From the NCBI GenBank assembly GCA_021777995.1, contig JAJYCW010000001.1, positions 5,473 to 69,472 of the forward strand: 64,000 nt of DNA, given 5' to 3'. This document shows positions 37,641 to 47,487 of this stretch, piece after piece. The notes beneath the pieces were generated by a model that had not been told where the DNA came from, made no database searches, and saw only the letters and a program-made list of their open reading frames with translations. Source of the stretch: a bacterium (GTDB taxonomy: Bacteria; Armatimonadota; Chthonomonadetes; Chthonomonadales; Chthonomonadaceae). Made by a program: the position numbers and the translations under genes. The first letter of the stretch is position 1. Each line of letters starts with the position of its first letter.

Positions 37641-38099
37641 CTATTCCTGAGCCAGCCTCAACACGTATTGCAGATTGAGAAGAATTACGAGGTTGTCCTC
37701 GGTCTTTCCAACTCCACGAACACAGTCTGCATCAATTGCACCCATCATCTCATTTGGCTGTTCTATGCAATTTTCTGATAGTCGCAACACGCCGATGACG
37801 CTGTCTACTTCCAGCCCCACCGTTACCTGGTCGACATCCACCACAATCACTCGGCTTTTTTGTGTGCGCTCATTACTTGGCAGTCCAAGTCGGCGGCGCA
37901 GGTTGAGAATCGGCACGATCTTACCACGCAGATTGATGATTCCCTCAATATCATCGGATGTTCTTGGTACCTGTGTAACTTCCTGTAGCCTTATGATCTC
38001 GTGAATGGCGGCTATATCAATACCATACACCTCATCGGACAGGTGAAATGCAACGAGCTGTTCCTCTCGTTCAATCGACTCAACCATCGCTGTAGTCAT
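37641..38099 (-). CDS. cheW: chemotaxis coupling protein CheW
   Basis: 152 aa with the single CheW-fold pattern (YGIDIAAIHEII...INLRGKIVPILNLRRRLG). Confidence 0.9.
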   Translation of the reverse strand: MTTAMVESIEREEQLVAFHLSDEVYGIDIAAIHEIIRLQEVTQVPRTSDDIEGIINLRGKIVPILNLRRRLGLPSNERTQKSRVIVVDVDQVTVGLEVDSVIGVLRLSENCIEQPNEMMGAIDADCVRGVGKTEDNLVILLNLQYVLRLAQE

Positions 38100-38198
38100 A
38101 ACAAGTGGCCCCTAACCCAATTTTGTGTGCATTAACATGCAAATAAACCGGATGAATTGTCGGTCATAAGGTGAACAGTCTTTAGCTGCATTTGCACT

Positions 38199-38243
38199 AG
38201 AAAACAAACGACCCGCGCCCCTCATTGAAGGGGGCCGCGGGTC
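38199..38243 (-). terminator. rho-independent terminator after the pilin-like/lipoprotein pair
   Basis: Minus strand: GACCCGCGGCCCCC-loop-GGGGCGCGGGTC followed by GTTTGTTTTCT. Confidence 0.65.
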
Positions 38244-38297
38244 TAACACGCCACAATAAGTGCCGTTACAGGCAAATATTATTGTCGTTAAACGTGC

Positions 38298-38492
38298 CTA
38301 CTTTTTGCTACCACTAAACTGTCGACCAGATGGCGGTATTGGATTGGCCAGCGACGGAGCCTGGTTTACCTGCGGCGGTGCCTGTGGAGGAGCAGAACCG
38401 CCACCGCTGCAACCTGTACAGGCTAACATGAGACCTACACCTAGCGCTACCCCCACGAATTCAAGCGGTGTCAATCTGCGTATTGGTCGCAT
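38298..38492 (-). CDS. small putative lipoprotein (64 aa)
   Basis: The ATG at 38492 shares 1 nt with the upstream TAA (TAATG). Signal peptide [25 protein letters not shown], then a Gly/Pro/Gln-rich tail. Confidence 0.5.
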   Translation of the reverse strand: MRPIRRLTPLEFVGVALGVGLMLACTGCSGGGSAPPQAPPQVNQAPSLANPIPPSGRQFSGSKK

Positions 38493-39364
38493 TAGTTCTG
38501 TGGCCACCAGGTCACTTTGCTGTTTACGTAAGAGCCAATCTGCCCACACAGCATTTGTGGTAATCCGTAAGCTGGCCCAAGGTCAATGGTTGCATTGGGA
38601 TCAGCACAGTAGTCTGGCCAAAACGAACTGTTACTTGGCATCCCATATCGATGGGTACCAACGTTACCAAATTTGAACTGAACTTCCTTGGCGTGGCCAT
38701 CTGCGAAGACAACATTCCATTTTCCGTCATGACGAACGCCGCTCTGGCTATAGCCGCCATGGTAGGAATCTAGTACCCAATCCATGCCCATGGTTGGTCG
38801 GTATGTATCATAGCTGTCGCTGTAGACAAATGTGTCCGCGGGAGCTACAATACCTGCCATGGTCACTCCAGGCTGCCAGTGCTCGCCAGGAGCTGGATCA
38901 TCAACTTCTGCACCATGTAATCCGCCACCTGCGTATATTAGCGGGCCCCAGTTATATCCGTAATTGGTGTGAAAGTTCGGGTCGGACGGCTTTGGCATGA
39001 TGCCCTGCGCAAAAACACAGGAGTCAATGGTATCCCCCTGGCTATCACCCCCATCTGGACACTGAAGGATCTGTTCGTCCTTAAAATAGGGATAGTAGAG
39101 CGTGTACTCGGCATGAGAACAGTGGCCGTTAGCTCCATTATTGGTCCTCGCAAAGGTCTCGTCATAATCCTGTGTGTACATCATGACAGACAAACCTAGC
39201 TGCTTCATATTACTAAGGCAGCTCGTGCGACGCGCCATCTCCCGCGCCTGCGCAAATACAGGGAACAGAATGGCTGCTAAAATTGCGATAATTGCAATAA
39301 CGACGAGTAACTCGATGAGCGTAAACGCGTTGCGCTTGTTCATTATAATCCGGTTTGAGAACAT
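38492..39364 (-). CDS. DUF1559 (H-x9-DG) protein with a prepilin-type N-terminal cleavage/methylation domain
   Basis: [31 protein letters not shown]-terminus and a C-terminal [13 protein letters not shown] (H-x9-DG). Start taken at ATG 39364, preceded by GGGAGGA. ATG 39343 ([13 protein letters not shown]) is equally possible. Confidence 0.85.
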   Translation of the reverse strand: MFSNRIIMNKRNAFTLIELLVVIAIIAILAAILFPVFAQAREMARRTSCLSNMKQLGLSVMMYTQDYDETFARTNNGANGHCSHAEYTLYYPYFKDEQILQCPDGGDSQGDTIDSCVFAQGIMPKPSDPNFHTNYGYNWGPLIYAGGGLHGAEVDDPAPGEHWQPGVTMAGIVAPADTFVYSDSYDTYRPTMGMDWVLDSYHGGYSQSGVRHDGKWNVVFADGHAKEVQFKFGNVGTHRYGMPSNSSFWPDYCADPNATIDLGPAYGLPQMLCGQIGSYVNSKVTWWPQN

Positions 39365-39586
39365 GTATTCCTCCCGATAGTGTACGGGATAATTCCGCAA
39401 TTCTGAAGTAACCTCCAGCGGCTTATCCTGAACGAGATTATGCATCGGCACTATTAAGGTCGTGTTATCATTTCGTTAATTCTCTGTTAACACACTTGCT
39501 GTTTTATTTGGTGTTGGACGCCATAACAAAAATGCTCGACATCTCTAAAAATAATGGAACAGTGTTGACGGTCATTTGCGTAATAA

Positions 39587-39603
39587 TTAGTGCAACACAC
39601 TAA
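39587..39603. promoter_or_regulatory. perfect inverted repeat upstream of hsp20 (candidate operator)
   Basis: TTAGTG-CAACA-CACTAA, 73 nt upstream of the hsp20 ATG and just downstream of a TTGACG hexamer at 39565..39570. Confidence 0.3.
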
Positions 39604-39675
39604 ATATTGTTGTTGCCAGTAACTTCAAATGATCGGTTGGTAATAACAGCAAGCAACCATTATAGGAGAGGTAAA

Positions 39676-40200
39676 ATGAGTAGAGGTAACAATACACCAG
39701 GTGCAGTAATGACAGTTCGTCCCGTTCCGTCTATGACGACGAGAACTCCCTGGAATGACATGGAAGCCCTTCGGCGACGAATGGATGACCTGTTCTCCTC
39801 TGTAACAGGGTACACGCCGGTTTCTCAGCTACTCAACACCAGCATCGATTCAGACATAACGCCGGACGTTTTTGAAACCGACACGGAGATGGTGTTTATT
39901 CTCCCCGTACCCGGCATTGATCCAAACGAGATTTCAGTAGAAACTACAGCAGACACTCTCACTATTAAGGGTGAGCGCAAACCTTTCTTCCAGAACGAGG
40001 GCGCGGTGCAGCATCGTCAGAGCTGGTGGAGTTCCCGCACCGGAACGTTCAGTCTGTCTTATACGCTTCCCGTGGAGATCAATACCGATAAGGTAATCGC
40101 GTCCTATAGGATGGGTGTGCTTGAACTACATCTTCCAAAAGCAGAATCTGTTAGGCCAAAAGCCGTGAAGGTCAGTATTGCTGAAGAGCACAAGGCATAG
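39676..40200 (+). CDS. Hsp20/alpha-crystallin family small heat-shock protein
   Basis: Start at ATG 39676, preceded by AGGAGAGG. Alpha-crystallin domain (DVFETDTEMVFILPVPG...TIKGER...GVLELHLPK). Confidence 0.9.
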   Translation: MSRGNNTPGAVMTVRPVPSMTTRTPWNDMEALRRRMDDLFSSVTGYTPVSQLLNTSIDSDITPDVFETDTEMVFILPVPGIDPNEISVETTADTLTIKGERKPFFQNEGAVQHRQSWWSSRTGTFSLSYTLPVEINTDKVIASYRMGVLELHLPKAESVRPKAVKVSIAEEHKA

Positions 40201-40266
40201 CGTGGACCTAACGGAAGTAGAATAGCGGAGCTGCTTCGCGATTTTCTGAAAGGTTGAAATAAAATG

Positions 40267-40311
40267 CAGTGCGGTGAGAACTTTCAAGGTTCTCACCGCA
40301 CTGTTGTTTTT
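40267..40311 (+). terminator. rho-independent terminator after hsp20 (lies between convergent genes)
   Basis: A 15-bp perfect stem, CAGTGCGGTGAGAAC-tttcaag-GTTCTCACCGCACTG, followed by TTGTTTTT. Confidence 0.85.
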
Positions 40312-40341
40312 GATAATATGAATGAGTTCAGTGATGCAGAA

Positions 40342-40659
40342 TTAAGCTGCACAAATCGATGCGGACTCACCCGCACCCTTCTCCTCGTCGCGATGTTCGC
40401 GAAGGCACTGCCTGCAGAACTCGCTAAGTTTTAACACCGCTGCGCGCTGATCCGCCGATAGTTCGCCACTGCTAGTCATCACAATATCCAGCAAACCCAG
40501 AGCCTCTTCAGGTGTAAATTTAAGGCTCGGATCACACCTCCGATCGTCCACTCCTGTGCCCCCTTTCGCGCACTTCCTCTTTGGTCCCAGTGGGTCGGCT
40601 ATCAGGACTCTTGTTCCACACTTTACTGCCAGTTCCAACAGACATTTTTGTGCCTGCAA
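40342..40659 (-). CDS. hypothetical protein (105 aa)
   Basis: ORF only, with no recognised motif. It lies between the terminator and the msrB upstream region. The C-terminal half looks protein-like (FTPEEALGLLDIV...LKLSEFCRQCLREH). Confidence 0.35.
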   Translation of the reverse strand: MQAQKCLLELAVKCGTRVLIADPLGPKRKCAKGGTGVDDRRCDPSLKFTPEEALGLLDIVMTSSGELSADQRAAVLKLSEFCRQCLREHRDEEKGAGESASICAA

Positions 40660-40822
40660 AACAGACGTTCTGACGCGGTACTACCTTAGACGACACCTTT
40701 CACTTTTAGGTTCGACTTTTTTTCGTCCCACTTCCGCGCACAGTAATATATTAAACAGAGAAACTCCGTGGTTGGTTCCTAAGGTAAAGTAATCATGATG
40801 GAGCAGATTCTTAAAGGGGTAC

Positions 40823-41248
40823 ATGATGAGCGATACTAAGTTTACCAAAACCGATGATGAGTGGCGATCGATCCTTACACCACAGCAATACAGAGTGTTG
40901 CGCCAGTCTGGCACAGAGCCTGCATTTTCAAACGAATACTGGAACAATCACGAAGACGGTACCTACTGCTGTGCAGGTTGTGGCACCGTTCTGTTTACCT
41001 CTGAGACGAAATATGACTCTGGATCCGGGTGGCCGAGCTTCTGGAATGCCGTAGATTCAAGTAAAATCTCCCTGGTGGAAGATCATTCTCATGGGATGAT
41101 ACGCGTAGAGGCTAAGTGCGCGGTATGTGGCGGGCATCTCGGACATCTGTTCGAAGACGGCCCAAACCCAACCGGCAAGCGCTACTGCATCAACTCTCTC
41201 TCGCTTCAGTTCAGCCCTGATACATCAAACATGGAAGGTGAAGAATAG
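40823..41248 (+). CDS. msrB: peptide-methionine (R)-S-oxide reductase
   Basis: Two CxxC zinc motifs (CAGCG, CAVCGG), GHLGHLFEDGP, and the catalytic RYCINS. Confidence 0.92.
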   Translation: MMSDTKFTKTDDEWRSILTPQQYRVLRQSGTEPAFSNEYWNNHEDGTYCCAGCGTVLFTSETKYDSGSGWPSFWNAVDSSKISLVEDHSHGMIRVEAKCAVCGGHLGHLFEDGPNPTGKRYCINSLSLQFSPDTSNMEGEE

Positions 41249-41251
41249 ACA

Positions 41252-42025
41252 ATGGCGTTCTGCGAACTTAAATACTTCAGCCCCGCACTTCAAAAGCATA
41301 TTGCCGCGAACGTCATTATCCCCGAAAACTTGCAGGTCAAGCCTTTTCCGGTACTCTACCTGCTGCATGGTCAATCCGACGATCACACGATCTGGATGCG
41401 GCGAACGTCAATAGAACGTTATGTTGACAACACGGGTCTTATGGTGGTAATGCCTGATACCGGTCGAGGCTGGTATTCCAATGCGGTGCACGGGCCCGCC
41501 TGGGAGACATCAATAGTTACGGATCTTGTAGACTTCATTGATGGTATCTTTCCAACACGCCCTAATGCGGGAGGAAGGGCGCTCGCTGGCCTCTCAATGG
41601 GTGGCTACGGTGCGGTGCATCTCGCGTTCAACCATCCAAACAGATTTTGCGCAGCCGTGAGCCATTCTGGTGCACTGGCGTTCTCCCATTTCGATCTTGA
41701 TGCAAATCCTGGTGCATGGTCGTCTGAAATGAAACTGATTCTTGGTGAAAAGTATATCGGCAGCAAATCCGACCTTTTTGCCCGTGCACAGAAGCTAATG
41801 TCCATTAAACGACGTCCGGCAATCAGGATTGATTGCGGGACCGAGGACTTTCTTATCGAACAAAATAGGCTGTTTCACACCCACCTTACTAACATTGACT
41901 ACCCGCACGAGTATGAAGAACATCCTGGTGCTCATACCTGGGAATACTGGGACAGACACGTTCAGGACAGCCTCATGTTCCTTCTCCCTATCCTCCAGCC
42001 AACACAGCCCACTGGAAGTAAGTAG
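41252..42025 (+). CDS. esterase-family alpha/beta hydrolase (esterase D / S-formylglutathione hydrolase-like)
   Basis: PVLYLLHG, the nucleophile elbow GLSMGGYGA, and a C-terminal HPGAHTW. Confidence 0.85.
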   Translation: MAFCELKYFSPALQKHIAANVIIPENLQVKPFPVLYLLHGQSDDHTIWMRRTSIERYVDNTGLMVVMPDTGRGWYSNAVHGPAWETSIVTDLVDFIDGIFPTRPNAGGRALAGLSMGGYGAVHLAFNHPNRFCAAVSHSGALAFSHFDLDANPGAWSSEMKLILGEKYIGSKSDLFARAQKLMSIKRRPAIRIDCGTEDFLIEQNRLFHTHLTNIDYPHEYEEHPGAHTWEYWDRHVQDSLMFLLPILQPTQPTGSK

Positions 42026-42227
42026 CATCATTTATTGCACTTGGTCATTACGGCCTGCATTTCAACTTATTGTTGCAGGCCATAATATTTGTGTATCCTT
42101 CATGGGGAATGAAGCCTGCCGTCGAAACATAGAGCATCACATTACATGCTACAATAAAATAGCTTAACGCAATGCACAACAGTTAACATTAAGCCCTTCA
42201 ATTCCTTAAAAGCTGAGTCACCCATCC

Positions 42228-44336
42228 ATGGAAAATGCTTCCGACGTAGAACCACATTTAGACAGTGGTTCACAGCGCTTGATCAAGTCAGTGGTGCAAA
42301 TGTCGGGGCAGTCCACTCCCGGGCTTTACCACTGGCTGCTTGCTCTACTTTCACAGCACTCAGATCTTACCGAAGCGCTGACACCATATCTTCGGGCGCA
42401 GTCGCTTGCTCTGGAACTTCAAGGAAAACTGGGCCAGGGCAGAACTGGCGCGATTGTCTCCGTAACGGTCATGGAACACCGTGCATATCGCCAGGCGTTA
42501 GCCGAGGGGCGCGCGATGGCCACGGTTCAAGACCTGGCAGCAGCCATTCTAACTTCGGCAGGCTACCAACTACAGGCATTGCCTCAGAATGAATCAGTTG
42601 ACGCTGTAAGCACATCGGGCATTGAAACACTGAAGCGCTTGGGGCGGTGCCTTTCACTTGAGGCGCATGAACAACGCCTAACCCCCATAGTTGGCCGTGC
42701 GGATGAACTGCAGCTAGCATTAGAAACACTATGTCGGCAGACCAAACGAAACCCCGTTTTCATCGGTCCTGCAGGATGTGGCAAGACTGCAATAGTAGAG
42801 GGACTGGCGCAGAGAATCGCGTCGGGTGCCTGCCCTGCTGCGCTAAGGTCCGCGCAGGTGTGGTCAATTGATCCAACAGCCATTATGGCTGTAGCTCATC
42901 ATCAATCTGATTTTCATAAACTCGTTCAACAGCTAATTACTGAAGCCAGCCGGCCGGATATCATTCTGTTCATTGATGAGGTCCACCAGCTTATCGGTAT
43001 GGGTGGCGCGGCCGGGCAGTCCGATCTTTCCAGCCTCTTAAAGCCCGCTCTTGCTAGAGGTGATCTGGCCTGCATCGCTGCCACAACCGACGAGGAGTAC
43101 CGAAAGTTCATAGAGCCAGATGCTGCGCTGGAACGCAGGTTTCAGCCCATTCGCGTTCAAGCTCTAACTGCAGCCCAGACTTTACCCGTACTTGTAGAGC
43201 GATGCGCCTTGATTTGTAGAGGTACCGCCACGCGAGTGTCTCCTCAGGTAATCCAGCATTTGCTCGATCTTGCTGACCATCATATGCGAAATCGCCAATT
43301 TCCAGATAAGGCAATTGATTTATTAGAGCAGAGCATCGCTCATGTACTCGCTCTTAACCGCAGCGAGGTTACCGACCGAGATGTAGTGGAGGTTTTGCAG
43401 AGGATGGTGGGTATGCCGCTGGGCCTTGATGCCGGCCTCGACAGCCTTCGGTTAACTCTGCAATCAGAAAACATTCTGACGCACGAAGCTATTGTAAGCT
43501 TGATGCACCGCCTGAAGATTAGCCTTAGCGGGCTCGACATGCGCCCAGAACGTCCAAATGCCACGTTATTGTTAACAGGTGATTGTGCACACCGTGCTTC
43601 GCGCGTCGCGGAGATCATTGCGGAGAATCTTTTCGGTGCCGCGGACCGTGTAGTAACGTTAGATTTCGGGCGCATGGTGGAACCTCAGGACGTTACACTC
43701 TTACTGGGCGCACCACCCGGCTACGTTGGTTACAGTGAAGCACTCACCATACACCGGTTGTCTCAGATGCCCTGGTGCGTTCTTTACTGCCAAAATATTG
43801 ACATGTGCCACTACACAGTCCGCGATGTGCTGTTGCGCGGCATTAAATCGGGCTTTCTTACTGATGCACGGGGCAAAAAGCTCTATCTTAGCGACACAGT
43901 GTTGCTATTAACCGCGGAGTCAATAGGAGCAGAACCGCAATCCATTGGACTTCTAGGTAACGCTGCGCACAAGGAGAAAATTGCGCCAAGGCAGTTATTG
44001 GCCAGTGTCCTTGGGGATGATTTCGCCGCTCAAATGGACGATGTGTTTTACCAGGTACCTTCAGCGGAAGTAGAAACGAACACTGGAGCAATAGAGCGTA
44101 TGCTTCAAAATGTATCCCTACGCTGCACCATGCATGGAATTACTCTATCCTGGGATCACTCGTTCATCGCCTGGATCTTAGAAAAGCAACGGGTTGCGGC
44201 GCAACAGCGCGACTGGGAGCGGGTTGTAGAGGAGTCGCTCGCCGAAATCCTCAGTCCATACATTGATGGACAGGATGATTGCTGCATCACGATTACATGC
44301 CGGGATGGCGAACCAATCGCTACCCGGCAGTCGTAA
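42228..44336 (+). CDS. ClpA/ClpB/ClpC-like AAA+ protein with intact D1 and degenerate D2
   Basis: Clp_N-like N-terminus. D1 has Walker A GPAGCGKT, Walker B ILFIDEVH and [13 protein letters not shown]2 aligns with Clp D2 (GAPPGYVGY is retained), but Walker A is TGDCAHRAS and Walker B is [10 protein letters not shown]. Confidence 0.85.
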   Translation: MENASDVEPHLDSGSQRLIKSVVQMSGQSTPGLYHWLLALLSQHSDLTEALTPYLRAQSLALELQGKLGQGRTGAIVSVTVMEHRAYRQALAEGRAMATVQDLAAAILTSAGYQLQALPQNESVDAVSTSGIETLKRLGRCLSLEAHEQRLTPIVGRADELQLALETLCRQTKRNPVFIGPAGCGKTAIVEGLAQRIASGACPAALRSAQVWSIDPTAIMAVAHHQSDFHKLVQQLITEASRPDIILFIDEVHQLIGMGGAAGQSDLSSLLKPALARGDLACIAATTDEEYRKFIEPDAALERRFQPIRVQALTAAQTLPVLVERCALICRGTATRVSPQVIQHLLDLADHHMRNRQFPDKAIDLLEQSIAHVLALNRSEVTDRDVVEVLQRMVGMPLGLDAGLDSLRLTLQSENILTHEAIVSLMHRLKISLSGLDMRPERPNATLLLTGDCAHRASRVAEIIAENLFGAADRVVTLDFGRMVEPQDVTLLLGAPPGYVGYSEALTIHRLSQMPWCVLYCQNIDMCHYTVRDVLLRGIKSGFLTDARGKKLYLSDTVLLLTAESIGAEPQSIGLLGNAAHKEKIAPRQLLASVLGDDFAAQMDDVFYQVPSAEVETNTGAIERMLQNVSLRCTMHGITLSWDHSFIAWILEKQRVAAQQRDWERVVEESLAEILSPYIDGQDDCCITITCRDGEPIATRQS

Positions 44337-44362
44337 ACGCAATACCTTGGCAAACAGGTCCT

Positions 44363-45838
44363 CTAACCTACCCCCCTCATAAACCTTGATACCTCTTTCT
44401 CGTAGGTATGAAATGGATTTTTGAGGTCAAGTTGCCGATTACGCTCAATATATACCGCATCCCAGTCGATGACGTAGCGCGTAGTCGGACTATTGATGAG
44501 CTGGGAAATGATCTGACCGCGCCCCAGTGCCCTGGTGTTACACGGTGGCATACTCAGTGCCTCTTCAATTTCTCGGTCAGTCGTTAGCCTGCCGAGTGCG
44601 CCACTATTTTCCAGACCATAGCTCAGGCCCTGTGCTGGATGAATGTTGTGATACTCAAGATCAAGGCTCTGCATAACGTCATCGTTCCACTGTGTGCCGG
44701 TTTCTGCCATATACTGTTGGTACAGTACGTACTTGGCCGACCAGTCTAACTTGTCGCTCGTAGAGAGCGGGTCGCGTTCCAGGTCATCCAGAATGCGTTC
44801 CCACTGAAGGAGGACGTTGTCCGTTTGGGCATCCTTGCGATGTAGGTATTTTTTGGCCGCATCAAGATACCGACGTTGAAGGTCGACTGCTCTAATAGTT
44901 TTGCCGCTCTTCAATTTCACAATCCATTTAAACGAGTTATCGCGAGAAACAGCTCTCAAAACGTTAAGTGGTTCATCCAGTTCAACGTCTGGTGGTGCAC
45001 ACCCCTCCTCAATGAGATCCAAAACAAGGCTGGTAGTGCCCACCTTCAAAAGCGTGGCATATTCACTCATGTTACTTTCGCCAAATAGCACATGCAATCG
45101 ATGCAGGTTAGTATACGAATAATACGAGTCCCATTTAGGATTGATAATTGCACGGTTAAACCTAACCCTAGAGCTCACCGTCTTTACAATATGATCTGCT
45201 CGCTGGGAGAGTTGGAAATCTACGGATTGGTCAATCTCCACCCCGTAAAAGTTAGAGACCCACACATAGTCCACTTCATGATCGCCCATCGTCATGATGT
45301 TGTTTTTGCTATTTGGCCGCACCAGCTTGTGACCGCCAACACGGCCGATACCGGCAAAAATCTGACGGGTTACAAGAAACGGCAGTAGATCGGTGATTGC
45401 CTCAGAAAATAGCCGATCCTCAATTTGAACAAGGTAGTTTTCATGACATCCAAACGTATGGCCGCCAAAATGGTCGATGCTGTTATTATGGAAACTAACC
45501 GCTTCGGTAAGCCCAAGGTCCTCAATAAGGCGCGACAGCATGATGCGCCCGGCTCTATCATGTTTGACGAGATCAATAAGGTCGGTACATTCCGCTGTCG
45601 CGTATTCCTCGTGGCTGCCAACAGCATCTACATACAATCTGCCGCCGTTACGCAGAAATCCGCCGGCTCGGGCTGGCTCAAATGCATAATCACGCGCGTG
45701 CAGATCAATGACGCCTAGCTTTTTGGTATAGAAGGCCTCATCCTTTACAAGCTCGACAACTTCCTCTGGTGAGCCCACGGAAGGATCTCTTACCATACAT
45801 CCGAACTCTGTTTCAATGCCGAAAATGCGTTTATCCAT
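44363..45838 (-). CDS. pafA: PafA-like Pup/UBact ligase (carboxylate-amine ligase fold)
   Basis: N-terminus MDKRIFGIETEFG (PafA-like ETEFG). 491 aa. A paralogue of the gene at 47694..49205. Last gene of the proteasome locus, the same position pafA holds relative to prcBA in actinobacteria. Confidence 0.8.
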   Translation of the reverse strand: MDKRIFGIETEFGCMVRDPSVGSPEEVVELVKDEAFYTKKLGVIDLHARDYAFEPARAGGFLRNGGRLYVDAVGSHEEYATAECTDLIDLVKHDRAGRIMLSRLIEDLGLTEAVSFHNNSIDHFGGHTFGCHENYLVQIEDRLFSEAITDLLPFLVTRQIFAGIGRVGGHKLVRPNSKNNIMTMGDHEVDYVWVSNFYGVEIDQSVDFQLSQRADHIVKTVSSRVRFNRAIINPKWDSYYSYTNLHRLHVLFGESNMSEYATLLKVGTTSLVLDLIEEGCAPPDVELDEPLNVLRAVSRDNSFKWIVKLKSGKTIRAVDLQRRYLDAAKKYLHRKDAQTDNVLLQWERILDDLERDPLSTSDKLDWSAKYVLYQQYMAETGTQWNDDVMQSLDLEYHNIHPAQGLSYGLENSGALGRLTTDREIEEALSMPPCNTRALGRGQIISQLINSPTTRYVIDWDAVYIERNRQLDLKNPFHTYEKEVSRFMRGVG

Positions 45839-45862
45839 GGGCTGTGTTCCAGGTGAAAACCA

Positions 45863-46660
45863 TTAATAGAGGTCCGAAATAACTGATCCTAACACGTCAC
45901 CAGCAAGCAGATGAAAGCGTGCATCCTGTTTATCGCGGCGCTGCAGAAACCCTACCTCCAGCACACCGGACTTCAGTTCCTCTTGCAAGAACACCCGGTC
46001 TGCATCCGCCTCGTCCACCACTTTCAGAGGTGTATCCTGATCCCGCTCGTCCTCATTGGGAGCGCTAATCTGATCTCTGGCGCCAGCAACCCACGCCCTT
46101 AGCGCTCGACGAATTGCCTCATCACGTGACAGGGTTGAATCGGGCTCGCCTAGCACCTGCAACATTCTATCCTCGGCACTCTGCGTACCACCAATGGCGG
46201 CTATGCCAGTGTGCTGCCTGTACTCTCCATCGTAGTTCAATGTAAAAAAGCAATCGCCAGCCACCGTGCGACCCAGTTCTGCAAAAAGCCCCCGAATTAC
46301 CACGGGCACATACATTTGATCGCCGAAGGCCTTCTTAAGTGCAGGGCTAAGTGCAAATCCTACCAGTCGGTGGAGCGAGACGTCATCAGGACTGCGTTCA
46401 AATCCTTCCTGGTGAGCGGTTTGGATGGCGGAAAGGCGCACGTTTTCAATGTCGGACTGCCTTCCAATCGCGCTAAACATCTGGCGGTCGTAAATCTCAT
46501 AAACTTTGCGCTGCGTACGCCGTACGGTTACGAGTAGCAGGCCCTCTTCACAGCAAATACCTACTACAGGGCTACCGGACCGCAGGCCGGCTTCCACATA
46601 GTCCTTGCGATGCCCAATCGCCTCATTAATGTCAAATGGCGTATGCATATGTAGTTGCAA
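45863..46660 (-). CDS. prcA: 20S proteasome alpha subunit
   Basis: Ntn-hydrolase-fold protein without an N-terminal catalytic Thr (GSPVVGICCEEGLLLV...YEIYDR). Lies directly downstream of the beta subunit. Confidence 0.88.
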   Translation of the reverse strand: MQLHMHTPFDINEAIGHRKDYVEAGLRSGSPVVGICCEEGLLLVTVRRTQRKVYEIYDRQMFSAIGRQSDIENVRLSAIQTAHQEGFERSPDDVSLHRLVGFALSPALKKAFGDQMYVPVVIRGLFAELGRTVAGDCFFTLNYDGEYRQHTGIAAIGGTQSAEDRMLQVLGEPDSTLSRDEAIRRALRAWVAGARDQISAPNEDERDQDTPLKVVDEADADRVFLQEELKSGVLEVGFLQRRDKQDARFHLLAGDVLGSVISDLY

Positions 46661-46684
46661 CCCTTTGTTTCAAGATTCTAGCGA

Positions 46685-47485
46685 TCACCGTGAAATCGAC
46701 TTGTCCAGCTGCTCGATAATAGCTTTCAAAGTTTCATCGGGCACCTCTTCAATTCCGTTGCAGGTGATGGTTCTAGCAAGCGGCATCACCTTTGCCCAAC
46801 CACCAGTAGCGGCATCCAGATCAGCGGCGATGTCGAGCAGTAACAGCGCCTGTTTTAGGGCTTCGTCCCGTGACATTTCATGAAAGGGCTTAACTGTTTT
46901 AACGATGTAGTCAAAAACACCGCGAATCTGCATCGAACCACTGCCGGCTGCACCGAACTCAGTGGATTCGAAGCGTGCACCCATTCCATCATAGAAGAAT
47001 ATACGGCCTTCGTTACTCTCTTTATCGAAGGTAGCTAATATGGGAATAAAGCCACCGATGCCCTGAAGCGCGTCGGGAATACCGGCTTTTACTACCCTGG
47101 CGAGTTCGGTAAGCTTTCCTTCAAGGCTCATGGGCTGTAGGTAGGTTCGCTCAAAGAGTTTAAATGATGTGCGCAGGTATTTCACAACATCCATTGCACG
47201 GGCAAATGAGCCGCTTATTGCCAGCAGTGTGGTATCGTCAATAGCTAGCACCTTGTCGGCACGGTCGTACATCACTGCGAAGTTAGCAGTCGCGCGGCGG
47301 TCGCCTACGGCAATGACGCCGTCCTTAAACTTTACTGCGATTACAGTTGTGCCATGCGTCTCAATCGATCCTGCACCTGCGTGTGAATCCGCGGGACGTA
47401 AGCTGCCCGCTTCCCTGGTGAACGGATGCCCGCTCTGTTCCAGTAACTTCCAAAGACTACCAGCAGTATCTGTGGTTGATAGCAT
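46685..47485 (-). CDS. prcB: 20S proteasome beta subunit with propeptide
   Basis: A 45-aa propeptide ending ...IETHG, followed by TTVIAVKFKDGV (catalytic Thr46 after Gly45). Typical beta-subunit core (GDRR, GSG). Confidence 0.9.
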   Translation of the reverse strand: MLSTTDTAGSLWKLLEQSGHPFTREAGSLRPADSHAGAGSIETHGTTVIAVKFKDGVIAVGDRRATANFAVMYDRADKVLAIDDTTLLAISGSFARAMDVVKYLRTSFKLFERTYLQPMSLEGKLTELARVVKAGIPDALQGIGGFIPILATFDKESNEGRIFFYDGMGARFESTEFGAAGSGSMQIRGVFDYIVKTVKPFHEMSRDEALKQALLLLDIAADLDAATGGWAKVMPLARTITCNGIEEVPDETLKAIIEQLDKSISR

Positions 47486-47487
47486 GT

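Noticed and set aside
38260-38676. 138-aa plus-strand ORF across the lipoprotein and pilin-like gene junction
   Set aside because: It is antisense to two coupled, motif-supported genes and has a low-complexity Gly/Ala/Pro composition.
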